Assembly (NCBI GenBank): GCA_963717505.1
Contig: OY970342.1
Coordinates: 1,344,001-1,408,000 of the forward strand
DNA length: 64,000 nucleotides
Origin: Candidatus Eiseniibacteriota bacterium
GTDB taxonomy: Bacteria > Eisenbacteria > RBG-16-71-46
Direction: 5' to 3'
The translations under genes were made by a program, and so were the position numbers. This document shows positions 47,852 through 57,385 of this stretch, in pieces; the stretch's first letter is position 1, and every line of letters begins with the position of its first letter. A model generated the notes under the pieces. The model was not told the DNA's origin. It did no database searches and saw only the letters and a list, made by a program, of their open reading frames with translations.

Positions 47852-49486
47852 ATGGAGAGACTCCAGGTGAGCCCCAGCGCCTCACGATCCCGAAGGGACT
47901 TGGGCGATCCCGCCCACAGCAGCCGCCGGAACGATCTGCTCAACCGCCGTGCCTGGCTGTTGTGGGGCGTCACGGCCATCGTCCTGTTCGCGCTGACGCT
48001 CACCGTCGCGTTCCTCTACATCCCGTTCCAGCGCATGGCGGGCGAGCTGGGCATCGAGCTGCTGCACAATGCGTACTACGCGCTGGTCGGCCTCAACGGA
48101 CTGATGGTCATCTTCCTCCTGTTCAGCGCGCTTCGTCACCGCGAGCTGAACGAGATGCGCCGGCGGCTGCGCGAGGAGGAAATGGAAACCCAGGACGCCC
48201 GGACCCGGCTGGCGGAGCTGTCGGCCATGTTCCAGCTCTCGACCATGCTCAACCTGCACCTCAATCTCGAGGTCATCCTCGAGATCATCGTGCGGCGCGT
48301 GGTCTCGACCCTCAAGGGCCAGCAGGCGTCGATCATGATCTACAACCCCGAGACCGGTTTGCTCGAGACCCGGGCGTCATACGGTCTCGAGAGCGAGTTC
48401 GCGCGAAACGCGCGTGCGCGCCTGGGCGAGGGCATCGCCGGCTGGGTCGCGCAGCGCGGCGAGGCCCTGCTGCTACAGAACCGGCCGGAAGGTGTTCACG
48501 CCCAGCACTTCAAGCGCGACCGCAACATCACCTCGGCGTTGTCGCTGCCCCTACGCGTGGGGGAACGCTGCGTCGGCGTGCTCAACGTCAACCGCATCAA
48601 TCATCCCTCGCCGTTCCACGAGCGCCATCGCGACATGCTCGGCCTGTTCGCCGAGCACGTCGGTGCCGTGATCGAACGTGCGGAGGTCATGGATCGCATG
48701 GGCACGCGTTCGCGCGAGCTGGAAGCCGACAACCGGCGCCTGGCCGAACTGAACCGGCTCAAAGACTTGTTCCTGGCCACCGCCAGTCACGAGCTGAAGA
48801 CGCCGCTGACCTCCGTCATCGCCTACGCGGAGCTGCTCGACGAGAACAGCAACCGGCTGGATCGGGAGCAGAAGAGCGAGTTCCTCTCGCGGCTGCGTGG
48901 CGAGGCCGGGCGCCTGCTCAACCTGATCGAGGACATCCTCGACCTGGCTCGGATCGAGAGCGGCAAGATGGTGCTCAAACGGGCCTCGGTGTCCCTCGAA
49001 ACCATGATTCGCAATGCGATCGAGACGACCCGCGGGCTCGCGCTCAAGCGAGGTGTCGAGGTGCGCGAGGAGTTCGAAGCCGGGGTTCCGGATCACGAGA
49101 TCGACGAGGTCAAGCTGCGCCAGGCGGTGGTGAATCTGGTCGGCAACGCGATCAAGTTCAGCCCCGAAGGCGGCACCGTCATCGCACGACTGGTGCGCGA
49201 GCCGCGCTGGGTCCTGATCGAAATCTGCGATCGCGGACCGGGCGTGCGCCCCGAGGACGCGCGCAGCATCTTCGAGCTGTTCGGGCAGGGCGTCGAGGGT
49301 GGCGCTCCCGCCGAGGCCGGACTCGGCATCGGCCTCCATCTGGTGAAGCGCATCGCCGAGCTGCATGGCGGCCACGTCGGCGTGAACAGCATGCCGGGCC
49401 AAGGCAGCCAGTTCTGGATCCGGATTCCGGCTGCCGGGGCGGAAGTCGCGCCCGACGAGACCGAAGCCACCGCCGCCGCCGCGTAG
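47852..49486 (+). CDS. Membrane GAF-domain sensor histidine kinase
   Basis: Two TMs, GAF (LGEGIAGWV), ASHELKTPLT, NLVGNAIKF and GLGIGL. Confidence 0.92.
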   Translation: MERLQVSPSASRSRRDLGDPAHSSRRNDLLNRRAWLLWGVTAIVLFALTLTVAFLYIPFQRMAGELGIELLHNAYYALVGLNGLMVIFLLFSALRHRELNEMRRRLREEEMETQDARTRLAELSAMFQLSTMLNLHLNLEVILEIIVRRVVSTLKGQQASIMIYNPETGLLETRASYGLESEFARNARARLGEGIAGWVAQRGEALLLQNRPEGVHAQHFKRDRNITSALSLPLRVGERCVGVLNVNRINHPSPFHERHRDMLGLFAEHVGAVIERAEVMDRMGTRSRELEADNRRLAELNRLKDLFLATASHELKTPLTSVIAYAELLDENSNRLDREQKSEFLSRLRGEAGRLLNLIEDILDLARIESGKMVLKRASVSLETMIRNAIETTRGLALKRGVEVREEFEAGVPDHEIDEVKLRQAVVNLVGNAIKFSPEGGTVIARLVREPRWVLIEICDRGPGVRPEDARSIFELFGQGVEGGAPAEAGLGIGLHLVKRIAELHGGHVGVNSMPGQGSQFWIRIPAAGAEVAPDETEATAAAA

Positions 49487-49570
49487 CGCCGCGCTATGCA
49501 ATAATCCGGCGCCTTCGCCGGATCCCAATGCCGGCGTTCGAGTTGTCCGCCACCCCCGCGAGCGCGTTCC

Positions 49571-50230
49571 TTGTCCGATTCGACCGGTCCGACACAACCG
49601 CCCGGCTCGTCCGTAACCCCTGAGGGTGGATCGAAGCCCGGCGCCGAGCCCCGCGTCGAGGGGCGTACGCCGGCCCCCCCGCGGGCGGTGCTCGAGCGGG
49701 TTGCCGCGCGGGAGCCCGAGGCGCTGGGCGTCTTTTTCGATCACTATTTCGACCTGGTGTTCGCGCTGTCGCACCGGCTGCTCGGCGACCGCACACAGGC
49801 CGAGGACGTGACGCAGGAGGTCTTCTACAAAGTGCATCGGGCCGCGCATCGACTCGATCCGAATCGCGATCCGGCGCCCTGGCTCACGGCAATCGTCTAC
49901 AACGCGTGCCGGGACCTGTGGCGATCGGGCGCCGACCGTATGCGCCGACGGAGCGGAACGATCGACGACCCGGTGATCGCCGTAAGACTGACCCGCGGCG
50001 ACAACGATCCCGAACGCGATCTGCTCGCCCGCGAGCGCGAGCGGGCGGTCCGGGAAGCGCTCGACGAGTTGCCCGAAGAGTCGCGTGCCATCGTCCTGAT
50101 GCACGACTACCAGGGACTGGGTCACGTGGAGATCGCGGGGATTCTCGGCGTCGAGCACGCCGCCGCGCGCAAGCGCTACTCGCGAGCACTCGCGGCCTTG
50201 GGCCGGCTGCTGAAGGAGAAGTTGCGTTGA
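49571..50230 (+). CDS. ECF sigma factor
   Basis: AEDVTQEVF, WLTAIVYNACRD and LPEESRAIV...EIAGILG. Confidence 0.92.
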   Translation: MSDSTGPTQPPGSSVTPEGGSKPGAEPRVEGRTPAPPRAVLERVAAREPEALGVFFDHYFDLVFALSHRLLGDRTQAEDVTQEVFYKVHRAAHRLDPNRDPAPWLTAIVYNACRDLWRSGADRMRRRSGTIDDPVIAVRLTRGDNDPERDLLARERERAVREALDELPEESRAIVLMHDYQGLGHVEIAGILGVEHAAARKRYSRALAALGRLLKEKLR

Positions 50231-51090
50231 ACGATCACGAGCCGACGTCCGCCGAAGAGCGAGACGCGCAGCAGGCGCTGCGGAAGCTGTCGCGCCCGAA
50301 GGCCGACCCGGTGGCCCGCGCTCGTCTTCGGCGGTCGTTCGCCGACGGCAGCATTCGGCCGGGCCTGACCGAGATCGTGGGTGATCCCAGGGTTCCGGGC
50401 GTCGCGCCAGCGCGCGCGCGGGTCACCCGCGGACCCTGGCTTGCCGACCGCCGGGCCCAGTTGGGTTTGGCGGTGGCCGCCGCGGCAATCGCCGTCGCGG
50501 TGCTGGCGCTCAACCGTCCAGGGAAGTGGACCGTGACCGACACGACCGGCGAAGGCATTGCCGTGGTCGATGGCCGCGCGATTCCGATCGACCACCACGA
50601 AGAGTTGGCTGCCGCAATGCGCCCGGGAGCGCGCGTGCGCGTCCCGGTCGGAACCGAGATCGAGGTCGCGAGTGCCGCCGGGCTTCTGATGCAGCTCACC
50701 GCTGGCACCGACGCCACCCTCCCGGCGCTTCCCGGCCGCTGGTTCAACCGGCGGGTTCGCGGTGAAATCCGCACCGGCGAGCTGCGGATCACCACCGGTC
50801 GATCGTTCCGCGGCGCGCAGCTGGCGATCGGCACCCCCGAGGCCCAGGTCGAAGTCCTGGGCACGACACTCGCGGTGATCCGCGAACCGCACGGGACCTG
50901 TGTTTGCGTTCTCGAGGGTCGCGTACGCGTCGGTCCGACCGCCGGCGACATGGCCGAGGTCGAGAGCGGCCACCTACGCTTCGTGTTCAACGACGGACGG
51001 GCCCCCGGCACCGACGACATGCGGCCGATCGAGCGCGAGAAACTGGGAATGTTGAAGGAGTCGAGGGGCGGCGTGCTGGACCGGCGCTAG
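50227..51090 (+). CDS. FecR-domain anti-sigma factor
   Basis: TTG overlaps the sigma stop; single TM, then TPEAQVEVLGT and VCVLEGRVRV. Confidence 0.8.
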   Translation: MNDHEPTSAEERDAQQALRKLSRPKADPVARARLRRSFADGSIRPGLTEIVGDPRVPGVAPARARVTRGPWLADRRAQLGLAVAAAAIAVAVLALNRPGKWTVTDTTGEGIAVVDGRAIPIDHHEELAAAMRPGARVRVPVGTEIEVASAAGLLMQLTAGTDATLPALPGRWFNRRVRGEIRTGELRITTGRSFRGAQLAIGTPEAQVEVLGTTLAVIREPHGTCVCVLEGRVRVGPTAGDMAEVESGHLRFVFNDGRAPGTDDMRPIEREKLGMLKESRGGVLDRR

Positions 51091-51115
51091 GGGGAGCAGG
51101 GGCCCTTGTTCCCCT

Positions 51116-52648
51116 CTAGGCGGCTTCGCGGCGCGCGTCCACCGGAAGGCCGTACTCGCCGAGGTCGCCCGGATACTCCTCGATCCGAAGCGCGCGGCGC
51201 AGAGTCCGCCCCTGGGTCAGAGGCATGAGCAGCGGAGCCTCGCCGGCCGGGATCATCCTACCCGCGGCGTCGCGGATCACCCGCACGCCGGGTCGCCAGG
51301 GATCGTCGGAGTTCACCGACACGACGATCGCGAACGCGCCGTCGTCCATCTGGACCAGTTGCCCGAGCGGATAGACGCCAGTGGCGCGGACCAGGGCCCA
51401 CAACAGCGCGTCCTCGAACTTGCCGCGGCACTCGGCGAGCGCGAGCGACAACGCCTCGTGCGGCGTCAACCGCCGACCGCGCTCGCTACGGTGCGCCTGA
51501 AAGCTCACGAACGTGTCGGCGACCGCGACGATCTGCGAGAGCACGCTCATCGATCGACCGACGAGTTCGTCGGGGAGGCCGACGCGCGCCGGATACCTGC
51601 ACCTCGCCGGCCGGTCCGCGGTCGCGGCGACGGACTCCTGAGGTCCGGGCACCCAGTGGTGCTCGATCGCGACGCGCACGCAGCGCAGCGTCGTCGGGCT
51701 CATGGCGGTCGAGCGCGCCATCCGCTTGGCCCCGGCGGCGCCATGGCTCGCCGCCGCGGCCCAATCCTCGTCGGTGAAACCGTCGATCGAACGCGGGATG
51801 TCGTCGATCGCCGATTGCCCGGCGTCGTGGAACAGGGCGGCGACGCCGATGTCGGCCAGGGCGCGCCGATCGAATCCGAGGGCGCGTCCCATCGAGGAGG
51901 CGATCGAACAGACTTGGACCGCATGGGTGGCGGTATCGTCGTCCTGCGCCCCGGCCGTCCAAACCGGCTCCTCCGATCCGCTCGCCTCCACGATCGGCTG
52001 GACGATTCGCTTGGCCTGCCGGAACTCGAGATCCTCCTTGTGCAACGCCTGGAACAGGGCGCGTGCGCCCTTCAGCGCGTGTGCGTGGCGGCGGCGTGCC
52101 GCCAGGCTCGGAAATTCCGGAGCCACCTGAGAAATCTCGGGGTGCGGACGCTCGTGGACGGCATCGGTTTCGTCGTCGGTCTCGTCGAATCCCTCGGCCG
52201 AGTCCCGCGTTACCGGCAGGACATGGCCCTCGCCGCTGGCGCGACACGCGTCGAGCAACGCCGAACCGGTGATGCCCGAGCGCAGGAACTCCTCGAGGAA
52301 TCGGTTCAGTTCCTCGCGCTCGAACCCGGGAGCGAACCGGATGCCGTCCATCTCGCGGCGTGCGAACTCGTCCAACACCGTGCGAATGAACTTGTACTGC
52401 GACGCACGGCTCGGAACCCGGACCTCGTTCAAGTAGAGCTCGGAGCCCAGGGTCGTGAACACGGCGCCCGGGACGATCTGCAGGATCTCGCGCAACGTGC
52501 GTTCGAGCTTGTCGACCTGCATCTGAACGATGTGGTCGCGCGCGTCGTAGACCGCGGCCACCCGCAGCACCGAAGACAGATGGATCGTCGCTTGGACCGC
52601 CAACTCACGCAGGCGTTCTTCGGCGGGACCCTGCTCGAAATCGCTCAC
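51116..52648 (-). CDS. HD-GYP-like domain protein
   Basis: HAVQV, ALFHDAG, H...GA, EHH, RYP, VAVADTF and GVYPLG. Confidence 0.8.
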   Translation of the reverse strand: MSDFEQGPAEERLRELAVQATIHLSSVLRVAAVYDARDHIVQMQVDKLERTLREILQIVPGAVFTTLGSELYLNEVRVPSRASQYKFIRTVLDEFARREMDGIRFAPGFEREELNRFLEEFLRSGITGSALLDACRASGEGHVLPVTRDSAEGFDETDDETDAVHERPHPEISQVAPEFPSLAARRRHAHALKGARALFQALHKEDLEFRQAKRIVQPIVEASGSEEPVWTAGAQDDDTATHAVQVCSIASSMGRALGFDRRALADIGVAALFHDAGQSAIDDIPRSIDGFTDEDWAAAASHGAAGAKRMARSTAMSPTTLRCVRVAIEHHWVPGPQESVAATADRPARCRYPARVGLPDELVGRSMSVLSQIVAVADTFVSFQAHRSERGRRLTPHEALSLALAECRGKFEDALLWALVRATGVYPLGQLVQMDDGAFAIVVSVNSDDPWRPGVRVIRDAAGRMIPAGEAPLLMPLTQGRTLRRALRIEEYPGDLGEYGLPVDARREAA

Positions 52649-54321
52649 ACCACTTCGCCCAGGGCTTCGCGGCAGGTTACGCGCACCGCTTCGTGTTTGG
52701 ACTTGAGCCCGGTCTCGAGCGCATCGCGTGCACTGGTGGTGCCGATGCGCGCCAGCGTCTGCGCCGCCGCGCTGCGCACCAAGGTCTTGCGAACGAACAG
52801 CCCGGTCTTCTGGACCATGGCCGCCAACGCAAACACGGACTCGTCGCCCGCGATCTCGGCCAACCCCGAGAAGATCTGGCGCTGCAGCTCCTCGTCCTCG
52901 GATTCGAACTCGGGGGACTCGATGCGACTGAGCAGCGCCCGCGCGGCCGCCGGGTTCCTCTCACGCGTCAGGACCGACAGCGTCGTGCCGAGGATCTTGA
53001 GGTCGCGGGTATGCAGCAGCTCGATCAGCACCGGCAATCCCTCTTCCCGCGGCGCCTGGGCCAGCGAACGGATGGCCTCGCGGACCACCCGCTCGTCGGC
53101 GTTGCCGATGGCGACGCCCAGGAGGCGGCCGACGCCGGCGCCGCCCACCATGCCCAGGACCTGAGCCGCATTGCGGACCACGTACCAGCGCGGGTCGTGC
53201 AGGTAGGGCTCGAGTCGCTCGGGGGCGTTGGCGCACAGGATGGCGAGCGCCACTTCGGTCGCGGCGCGCGAGGCAGGTTCCTCGGCTTCGGCCATGACCG
53301 AGCACACCATGTCGACCGCCGCCGGCCCCATGGCCAGCGCCACTTCGATGAACGCGCTGATCTGGGAGCCCTCGGACCGCTCCAGACGCTCGGCCAGGAA
53401 CACGGGATCCAGCTTCGACAGGGATCCCGCCAGCATCGGGCTCCACGAGGTCGGGTCGGACTCGATCTCCTGGAGGAGTTCGAGGGCGTAGTGCGCCGCC
53501 TCCCAGTGGCCCTTGACGATCGAGTCCGGCAGCCAGCTGACGACGAAACGCGTCACCGCACGCCGCATGTCCTCGCCCGAATCGAGCGCCAGGAGGTCGC
53601 GGACGAAGGCGCCGATGTCGCGGTGTCCGGTGGCCGCGGCTTCGTGCTGCCATGCCGCCAGCAGCCGGGCGCGCGAAGACTCGACGTTCGATTCGAGCGC
53701 GCGCAGCGTTTCGCCGACGTCGACCCCGGCTGCAGGCAGGGCCCGGTCGTCGAAGCGATGCGGAAGGTCGTCCGCAGCGCCGTCCGGATCGAGACTGGTG
53801 CGCAGCTCGTTCGGCACCGACGTCACCTCGATGTGCGTCAGGCCCGACTGCCACAGTAGGGTGACGAGGTCGTCGTGCTCACGCGTGGTCATCCCCGCGT
53901 CACGCAAGGCATCGATCAGCGCATCGACGTCGGCCCGCGGCACTCCCGGCATGAGACTCACTTGACGAATTCCGTCGCCAAAGAGGAGCGCGGTGAGCGC
54001 CTGTTCGTCGGACTTGCGCACGGTGACGTCGGCTTGGTCGCCGGGACCGATGATGCGCTCGTCGCCGAGGAACACCTCGGTGGGCGTGAAGCGGAGCGTC
54101 AGTGGCCCGAAGCGAAGGAGCAGGTCCGCGAGATTCGCGTGGACGACCTGGCGCGCGTCGTCGACCATCGGGTTTCGCCCCTTGGCCGAGTAGAGTCGCG
54201 ACACCCGGCCCGCGTGGACCAGCTGCCGCAGCCATGCGGCGCACGTGTCTCCGAGCACGGAACGGCCGGTGGGAGTTCCCAGCGGCATGGCGGAGCCGAC
54301 CTGGCCTGGCGAAGCGGTCAT
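52645..54321 (-). CDS. HEAT repeat protein
   Basis: LHDPRWYVVRNAAQVLG and DERVVREAIRSL; coupled to the HD-GYP gene. Confidence 0.8.
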   Translation of the reverse strand: MTASPGQVGSAMPLGTPTGRSVLGDTCAAWLRQLVHAGRVSRLYSAKGRNPMVDDARQVVHANLADLLLRFGPLTLRFTPTEVFLGDERIIGPGDQADVTVRKSDEQALTALLFGDGIRQVSLMPGVPRADVDALIDALRDAGMTTREHDDLVTLLWQSGLTHIEVTSVPNELRTSLDPDGAADDLPHRFDDRALPAAGVDVGETLRALESNVESSRARLLAAWQHEAAATGHRDIGAFVRDLLALDSGEDMRRAVTRFVVSWLPDSIVKGHWEAAHYALELLQEIESDPTSWSPMLAGSLSKLDPVFLAERLERSEGSQISAFIEVALAMGPAAVDMVCSVMAEAEEPASRAATEVALAILCANAPERLEPYLHDPRWYVVRNAAQVLGMVGGAGVGRLLGVAIGNADERVVREAIRSLAQAPREEGLPVLIELLHTRDLKILGTTLSVLTRERNPAAARALLSRIESPEFESEDEELQRQIFSGLAEIAGDESVFALAAMVQKTGLFVRKTLVRSAAAQTLARIGTTSARDALETGLKSKHEAVRVTCREALGEVV

Positions 54322-54353
54322 CCGCGGGAATATCGGCCTCGGCCCGGCGCGCC

Positions 54354-54382
54354 TTGACTTGATCCACCCAGCCCGATAAGGT
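54354..54382 (+). promoter_or_regulatory. sigma70 promoter of the rpmH operon
   Basis: TTGACT-N17-TAAGGT. Confidence 0.6.
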
Positions 54383-54428
54383 CCCCGGTCTTCTCGCCTA
54401 ACCCTTTGCCAACACGAGGCCTGTCCGC

Positions 54429-54578
54429 ATGAAGCGCACGTACCGTCCGCGCAACCGCCACCGCAAGAAGACCCATGGTTTTCGCGCGCGGATGAAGACC
54501 AAAGGCGGCCGCAAAGTCATTTCGGCCCGCCGCAAGCAGGGTCGCAAGCGCCTGACCGTTTCATCATCGTCCCGGTAG
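54429..54578 (+). CDS. rpmH: 50S ribosomal protein L34
   Basis: Manual translation [49 protein letters not shown]; below the ORF-track cutoff. Confidence 0.97.
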   Translation: MKRTYRPRNRHRKKTHGFRARMKTKGGRKVISARRKQGRKRLTVSSSSR

Positions 54579-54616
54579 ACGGTCGCGGCGTCTCGCTGCC
54601 CGCCCACCACCACGTC

Positions 54617-55015
54617 TTGTTCGATCGCGGCGCCCCTGCGACGGGAGGCTGTCTGGACCGCTCCCGAATGCTGAGGTCGTCACGGGAGTTTGCCGAGGTG
54701 AAAGCCCAGGGAACCGGCTTCCGCGGCCGCCACTGCCTGCTCGTGGCGCTGGCGAAACCCTACGAACCGACGCGGGTCGGCTTCGTCATCAGCAAGAAGG
54801 GCGTGGGCAACGCCGTCGAGCGCAACCGCGCCCGCCGCCGCCTGCGCGAGATCCTGCGCGTGCGCTGGCCGCGCGTTCCCGAGTCGGGTTACTGGCTGGT
54901 GATGATTGCCTTCCGGAGCGTGCTCGAGGCGTCCCACCAGGACCTGGCGAACGACATCGAACGAGTGCTGGCAGCGGCCGGCGCACTGGCTCCCATTCCG
55001 GCGGCGGGAATTTGA
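54617..55015 (+). CDS. rnpA: Ribonuclease P protein component
   Basis: RVGFVISKK and GNAVERNRARRRLRE. Confidence 0.93.
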   Translation: MFDRGAPATGGCLDRSRMLRSSREFAEVKAQGTGFRGRHCLLVALAKPYEPTRVGFVISKKGVGNAVERNRARRRLREILRVRWPRVPESGYWLVMIAFRSVLEASHQDLANDIERVLAAAGALAPIPAAGI

Positions 55016-55026
55016 ACCCGAATTCC

Positions 55027-55239
55027 ATGTCGCGAATGCTGGCGCTGGCCCTGGTGCGCGTCTATCAGACGCTCGCCGCGCCGTTCACCCGTGGCGCATG
55101 CCGTTACGCGCCTTCCTGCTCCGAGTACGCGCGCGAAGCCATCGAACGGCACGGCGCCTGGCGCGGTCTGGGGCTCGCCCTGCGTCGCGTGGCGCGCTGT
55201 CATCCGCTCGGAGGCCACGGCTGGGATCCGGTCCCATGA
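55027..55239 (+). CDS. yidD: Membrane protein insertion efficiency factor
   Basis: CRYAPSCSEYA, RCHP and GWDPVP. Confidence 0.93.
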   Translation: MSRMLALALVRVYQTLAAPFTRGACRYAPSCSEYAREAIERHGAWRGLGLALRRVARCHPLGGHGWDPVP

Positions 55240-57113
55240 TGAAGAACCAGCGGCTCGATCGCACCGCAATCATCGTGATCGGCGTCTGCGTCTTGTTGGT
55301 GTTGTTCTACCCGCAGATCCTCCGGATGATGGGCTACGGCCAATACGTGGACCCGCCGCGGCGCCAGACCACGGTGGTGGACACGACCGCCGCGCCCATG
55401 ACGACGACGGCTCCGAGTGCAGCGGCCACGCCCCCCGTGCCCGCCGCGGGAACCGGTGTTGCCGCCCCCGGGGCCACCAGCCTCCAGGCGGGCGAGTTCA
55501 AATCCACCACGCCGCAGCTCGAACGCTCGGTGTCGATCGAGACCCCGCTCTACCGCGCCGAGTTCTCGAATCGCGGCGGCCGACTGGTCGCGATGGAGCT
55601 CAAGCACTACGCGGCGGCGCACGGCGCGTCGTCGGCCGGCGGCAAGGCGCATCGGCGCACGCCCGGCCGCGAAGTCGAGCCCGGTGACCGCGTCCAGCTC
55701 GCCGGCGGTCCGCTGCTGGCGCTCGACCTCGGGGCACCGGGGGCGCTCCATTCGCTGGGCGGGGTGGTGTTCACGGTGGCCGAGAGCCTGGATGCCGCCG
55801 GTGACGTGCGCGTTCTCACCTTCACCCATCGCGATTCGAGCGGGTTGTTCGTGCGGCAGACCTATCGCGTTCGACCCGACGACTACGCGCTCGAATACGA
55901 CGTCGAGATGCGCGATCTGCCGGCGTCCATGCGGATCGCCGACTACTCCCTGACCGCGCGCTCGTGGCCCCTGATGTCCGAAGCGGATCTGGGCAGTGAA
56001 ATCCGCGCATTGCGCGCGACCAGCCTGGTCGGCTCCAACATCCACCGCGATGGTGCCGGCGGCCTGCTGAAGGGCGCCAAGCGTTTCGACGGCAACGCGC
56101 AATGGGCCGCGGTGCAGACGCGCTACTTCCTGGCCGGGGTCGCAGTCCGCGAGGGCACGGCCCGCGGGGTGGTCGCCGCCGGCGAGCGCCGCGAGTTGTC
56201 GCCCGAGGTGCTCGCCCTGCTGCCCCGTGGCGCAGCACTCCAACAGGAAGTGGCGGTCAGCTCGCTGGTGATGAGCGTGCCCGGACCGCTGTCGCCGGTG
56301 AACCGCTTCCTGGTCTATGCGGGCCCTAGCGAATACTTCCGGCTGGATCGGCTCGAAGTGCCGCTCGATCGCGCGGTCGACCTGGGTTGGTCGTGGCTCC
56401 TGCCGTTCAGCAAGGCCCTGCTGCAGCTTCTGATCTGGACCTACGGCGTGGTCAGGAACTACGGCGTGGCGATCATCATCCTGGCCTCGCTGGTGCGATT
56501 GGTCCTGCACCCGCTGAACGCGGCCAGCCTCAAGAGCATGCGCTCGCTGCAAAAACTCCAGCCCGAAGTCGAGCGCCTCAAGCAGAAGTACAAAGGCGAC
56601 GCCCAGGCGATGAACACCGCGATGATGGCGCTCTACAAGGAGCACAAGGTGAACCCGGCCGGCGGCTGCCTGCCGCTGGTGCTGCAGATGCCGCTGTTCA
56701 TCGCGCTCTACAACGTGCTGTTCAACGCGATCGAACTGCGCCAGGCGCCGTTCGTCGCCTGGATGATCGACTTGTCCGCCCCGGATCACGTCTTCTCGAT
56801 CGGGCCTCTCCCCATGCTTGGGACCTTGCCCGTGCGCCTGCTGCCGATCCTCATGGCCAGCAGCGGACTGCTCCAACAGAGATTCACCCCGACCCCGCCC
56901 GAGCAGCGAGGGACCATGTACATCATGAACGTGGTCATGCTGGTGTTCTTCTACAACCTGCCCTCCGGGCTCGTGCTCTACTGGACGGTGATGAACCTGC
57001 TCACCGCGTTCCAGAGCTGGCTGGTCTACCGGCAGGACGGCGGCCTGATTCCCATGGGCACCGCCACGCCGGCCACCGCCACGGCCGGCGGCGGGCGACG
57101 GCGAAGGGGCTGA
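55236..57113 (+). CDS. yidC: Membrane protein insertase YidC
   Basis: NYGVAII, LQPE, NPAGGCLP, QMP, WMIDLS and GLVLYW. Confidence 0.96.
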   Translation: MMKNQRLDRTAIIVIGVCVLLVLFYPQILRMMGYGQYVDPPRRQTTVVDTTAAPMTTTAPSAAATPPVPAAGTGVAAPGATSLQAGEFKSTTPQLERSVSIETPLYRAEFSNRGGRLVAMELKHYAAAHGASSAGGKAHRRTPGREVEPGDRVQLAGGPLLALDLGAPGALHSLGGVVFTVAESLDAAGDVRVLTFTHRDSSGLFVRQTYRVRPDDYALEYDVEMRDLPASMRIADYSLTARSWPLMSEADLGSEIRALRATSLVGSNIHRDGAGGLLKGAKRFDGNAQWAAVQTRYFLAGVAVREGTARGVVAAGERRELSPEVLALLPRGAALQQEVAVSSLVMSVPGPLSPVNRFLVYAGPSEYFRLDRLEVPLDRAVDLGWSWLLPFSKALLQLLIWTYGVVRNYGVAIIILASLVRLVLHPLNAASLKSMRSLQKLQPEVERLKQKYKGDAQAMNTAMMALYKEHKVNPAGGCLPLVLQMPLFIALYNVLFNAIELRQAPFVAWMIDLSAPDHVFSIGPLPMLGTLPVRLLPILMASSGLLQQRFTPTPPEQRGTMYIMNVVMLVFFYNLPSGLVLYWTVMNLLTAFQSWLVYRQDGGLIPMGTATPATATAGGGRRRRG

Positions 57114-57385
57114 CGCCGAGGCCACGGGTCCCCATGGCCAGCGAGGTTGGGACCGGCTAGACTGCGCCCCGTCCGGGCCGGCCTGACGCGGCAACCGGAT
57201 CCGAGGAATCGAGCCCTCGCCCCACGCTCACGCACGGCGAGACGTCTCGACTACCCGAAGCGCGGCTGGCGCACCACCGCCGCGCCATTCAATGGACCAC
57301 CGAGCGGGTGCGCGCTCGAGAGGCCGATGGCGGGAGCCAGGCTGGGCACGCATGCTCCCCGCCCCATTCCATGACGAGGAGTGCA

